Below, piece by piece: positions 61,577 to 64,000 of a stretch of 64,000 nt of DNA. The translations under genes were made by a program, and so were the position numbers. The notes under the pieces were generated by a model. It worked only from the letters and a program-made list of their open reading frames with translations, was not told the origin of the DNA and did not search any database. Numbering within the stretch: position 1 is the first letter of the stretch; each line of letters starts with the position of its first letter. Source of the DNA: an uncultured Verrucomicrobiae bacterium. GTDB taxonomy: Bacteria; Verrucomicrobiota; Verrucomicrobiia; Chthoniobacterales; JAFAMB01. The DNA lies in the NCBI GenBank assembly GCA_963762565.1, contig CAVXLD010000010.1, forward strand, positions 256,001 through 320,000, given 5' to 3'.

Positions 61577-61855
61577 CGTTCGGCGTTTGGCGTTTGGCGC
61601 TCGGCGTTCGGCGTTTGGCGTTCGGCTTTCTGCACTTCGTTCAGGTCCTCCAGATGAACGCGGGCCCATCGCCGGGGAGGGATCGCTGCCTGTCCGACAT
61701 AGCCTTCTCTTCCTGGTTTCTTTTCTCCCGGCTTTGGCGACGTCGGATCCTCGCGATCCGTGGTTCGCGGAGCTGAGGGTCCTTTTAAGCCAGGGATTAA
61801 ATTACGCGCAAAAGCTGACAACGTCTTCCCGGCGCGCGGGGACGGGCGCCCTCCC
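61577..61855. repeat. Seven CGTTYGG-type heptamers plus a family C element (61675-61855) carrying a family I insertion (61687-61747)
   Basis: GGGAGGGATCGC-TGCCTGTCCGAC..GTCGGA-TCCTCGCGATCC. Confidence 0.87.
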
Positions 61856-61871
61856 CGATTGTTCCGCGCTT

Positions 61872-62450
61872 ATCCACTTCGCCCGCTTCTTACTCTTCGC
61901 TTGTCTCTGCCTGTCCCTATCCGGAATCGCACGCGCTGAACCCGTCATCATCCTGGACCCCTATTTCTATCGAACGCCTGTATCCGAACCCATCGATGGG
62001 TCCAGCAAGACGGTACTAGCTTACTACGATGAAACCGGCGGGAGAGTGACATCACTCCCGAACCCTCCTCGCCAGCCCGTTTCTGAGCTCCACACCTTAG
62101 CGGTCGCCTATGCTCAATCGATCTTGAAACAAACGAGCCCCACGCTCATTCGCGATAAACACGGCGTCATTGCGGCCATTCGAATCGAAGGTCACGACCC
62201 CGCCTTTTCATCCATTCTTTTGACCCCAGGGTTTGCGGGGCGTTTCACGAACCTCTTAGGAAAGGATTGCTTGGTATCCGTGCCCAATCGCGAAACCGTG
62301 TATCTGTTCCCACGGCTGGGCGGTAACATGGAGCAATTCGCCATCCCGCTACGCGGGATCTACCACAATAGTGTATGGCCAGTCTCAACCGAGCTCTTCG
62401 AGTGGCGAAATGGCGCGCTTCACTCGATCAGAGACTTTGAAGCCGATTAG
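61872..62450 (+). CDS. Hypothetical exported protein; start uncertain
   Basis: Signal-like RFLLFACLCLSLSGIARA followed by a globular domain (VSVPNRETVYLF, WPVSTELF). The upstream part of the ORF is repeat-derived. Confidence 0.55.
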   Translation: MHFARFLLFACLCLSLSGIARAEPVIILDPYFYRTPVSEPIDGSSKTVLAYYDETGGRVTSLPNPPRQPVSELHTLAVAYAQSILKQTSPTLIRDKHGVIAAIRIEGHDPAFSSILLTPGFAGRFTNLLGKDCLVSVPNRETVYLFPRLGGNMEQFAIPLRGIYHNSVWPVSTELFEWRNGALHSIRDFEAD

Positions 62451-62656
62451 GAGATGAACCTGCGCGGCCGGGTTGGGGATGCTGGATAGTGGAGACAGTT
62501 AGTTTGGTTTGATTGACAGTTAATAGAGTAAATATGGAAATTATTAGCAAAGAATTTCAGGCCGCATAGGCATGCTTTTGGAAATTACTGAAAACAAATT
62601 TGTTATTTGTAACCGTCTATTTTGTTAGTACCGCTCTGTCGACATAAATAGTTTTA

Positions 62657-62665
62657 TGTTATAAT
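62657..62665 (+). promoter_or_regulatory. Extended -10 promoter TGnTATAAT
   Basis: TGTTATAAT lies 36 bp upstream of ATG 62701 in an AT-rich region. Confidence 0.6.
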
Positions 62666-62700
62666 CCCCCGTTCCAACCGCACAGACCCGCTTTTTTCCC

Positions 62701-64000
62701 ATGAATGGCTCGACCGATGCCCCATTGCATCTCGATCATTGGCGCATTAACCGAGGTCGTATTGGCTTGGCAATTTTCGTTTTTCTCCTGACCCTGGGCG
62801 CTGCCGCCGTCTTCACCTATTTCGGTCCAGGCACCTATGTCGCATCGGCTACCGTCGAGGTCCAAACGAACGAGACTGGGCAGCCTGTCGCTCAAGCTTC
62901 GACCACAGACGAGACGAATGATTCGAATTTCGACGCAGGCCAACTTGAAGATTTCTTCAGCCATCAGGTGCTGGATCCAGTGATTCAGTCGTTGGATCTG
63001 CGGACGAAATGGTCCCAACAGGGTGCAGAGCTTTCGTTGGAAAGCGCATACGACAAATTGAGCGGCATGGTCGCTCTCGACGTACTGACCCAGCACTCCA
63101 TTCAGCTCAGTGTAGAAGCCGTCAGTCCAAAAGAGGCAATGCTCCTCGCCAATACCATTGCTCAAGAGTACGCCCATCAGCAAAGTTTGAAGCAGCAGAC
63201 GGCGATCAAAGAGGAAGCGGACCAACTCCAGAACAAGGCGCGACTGAGGGAGACTACCGTTAGTAACCTCTTTGCCGAAGCATCTCGTTTAAGAACTGCA
63301 GCCGGCTATGTAGATCCGAATCCGGACAGCAGCGACACTTCGCTACGGCCAGAGGAATCGACAACCCCGGCCAGTGAGGAAAAAGTGAGTGAAATCCAGG
63401 CGAAGATTGCGAACCTCAAAAGCAGGCTGGATACGCTGGACCACTTGAAGACCGATAACTTGGCGCAGGCGACTGCCTTGTTGAATTTGAACGACCCGGT
63501 GCTCGAACAGAAGTTCCCGCTTTATCAAAACGCCCTGGCGGAAAAGGCTCGCTTGCTTAGCTCCGGCTTGGGGCACAACCATCCTGACGTGCGGACGCTT
63601 CAGGAGCAAATCGACGCGATCGAAGAACAAATACGTCAGGAGGTCGCTACTATTCGTACCGAGTTATCCGCCCAACTGGCTACGGCGCAGAATGATTTAA
63701 TCACCATCGAGACAAACCTGAGCGCGAACCAGGGCGAGAAAAAAAGAAACGAGGCCAACGCGCAATATGTTGAGGCCAAGCAACGCTACGATTTGGCGCG
63801 TGAAGCACTGGCAAACGCGAAAGCATTGGCGACCGCCAAAGCCAAGCTGAACTCCGAAACCTCCCAGAGTACAAAAGCGCCTCAACCCGTGGTGATCAGC
63901 AAATTGGCTACGACCGCTTTGAGAACAGGCCGGTTCAGCGTTTCTTTCAATCTTCTGGTAGGCGCAGCCGCGGGTTTATTGCTTGGGCTCATAGCCGCTG
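62701..64000 (+). CDS. Wzc/GumC-like polysaccharide co-polymerase, 3' partial (absent from the ORF track)
   Basis: Frame from ATG 62701, translated at the start, in places and at the end: TM1, Y.ASATVEV, SPKEAMLLANTIAQEY, coiled coils, LGHNHPDV, and TM2 NLLVGAAAGLLLG at the window end. Confidence 0.85.
   Translation, partial: MNGSTDAPLHLDHWRINRGRIGLAIFVFLLTLGAAAVFTYFGPGTYVASATVEVQTNETGQPVAQASTTDETNDSNFDAGQLEDFFSHQVLDPVIQSLDLRTKWSQQGAELSLESAYDKLSGMVALDVLTQHSIQLSVEAVSPKEAMLLANTIAQEYAHQQSLKQQTAIKEEADQLQNKARLRETTVSNLFAEASRLRTAAGYVDPNPDSSDTSLRPEESTTPASEEKVSEIQAKIANLKSRLDTLDHLKTDNLAQATALLNLNDPVLEQKFPLYQNALAEKARLLSSGLGHNHPDVRTLQEQIDAIEEQIRQEVATIRTELSAQLATAQNDLITIETNLSANQGEKKRNEANAQYVEAKQRYDLAREALANAKALATAKAKLNSETSQSTKAPQPVVISKLATTALRTGRFSVSFNLLVGAAAGLLLGLIAA

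Noticed and set aside
62659..63885. Minus-strand ORFs at the window end
   Set aside because: They are shadows of the plus-strand Wzc/GumC-like frame.
1..64000. Diversity-generating retroelement, retron or anti-phage defence locus
   Set aside because: No reverse transcriptase, template/variable repeat pair or defence domains were recognised.

Overview
This is a chromosomal window from a bacterium, probably a soil Verrucomicrobiota/Chthoniobacterales member; that assignment is inferred from the L28 type, the Gloeo_Verruco repeat protein and the gene content. It holds a tricorn-like S41 protease and tRNA-Asp(GTC), followed by a decayed ~6.3 kb island bounded by a 25-bp duplication of the tRNA 3' end. 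The rest includes a stand-alone rpoA-rplQ pair, beta-oxidation genes, two sugar ABC clusters, a heavy-metal-type RND system with its two-component pair and operator, mntH-usp, rpmB-COG0523, gmd, rph, thrB, lpxK, an uncharacterised ATP-grasp gene coupled to ruvA, and a Wzc/GumC-like gene running off the end. The most striking signal is non-coding. About 20 intergenic spaces hold palindromic elements from at least 8-9 families (my labels A-I). They have near-fixed lengths and conserved ends but very divergent interiors. They nest concentrically inside each other, one small family sits at a CG inside the arms of others, and several supply stop codons or apparently starts to genes. No transposase, RAYT, integrase or CRISPR array is visible. 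All calls are by eye from motifs; no database searches were run.
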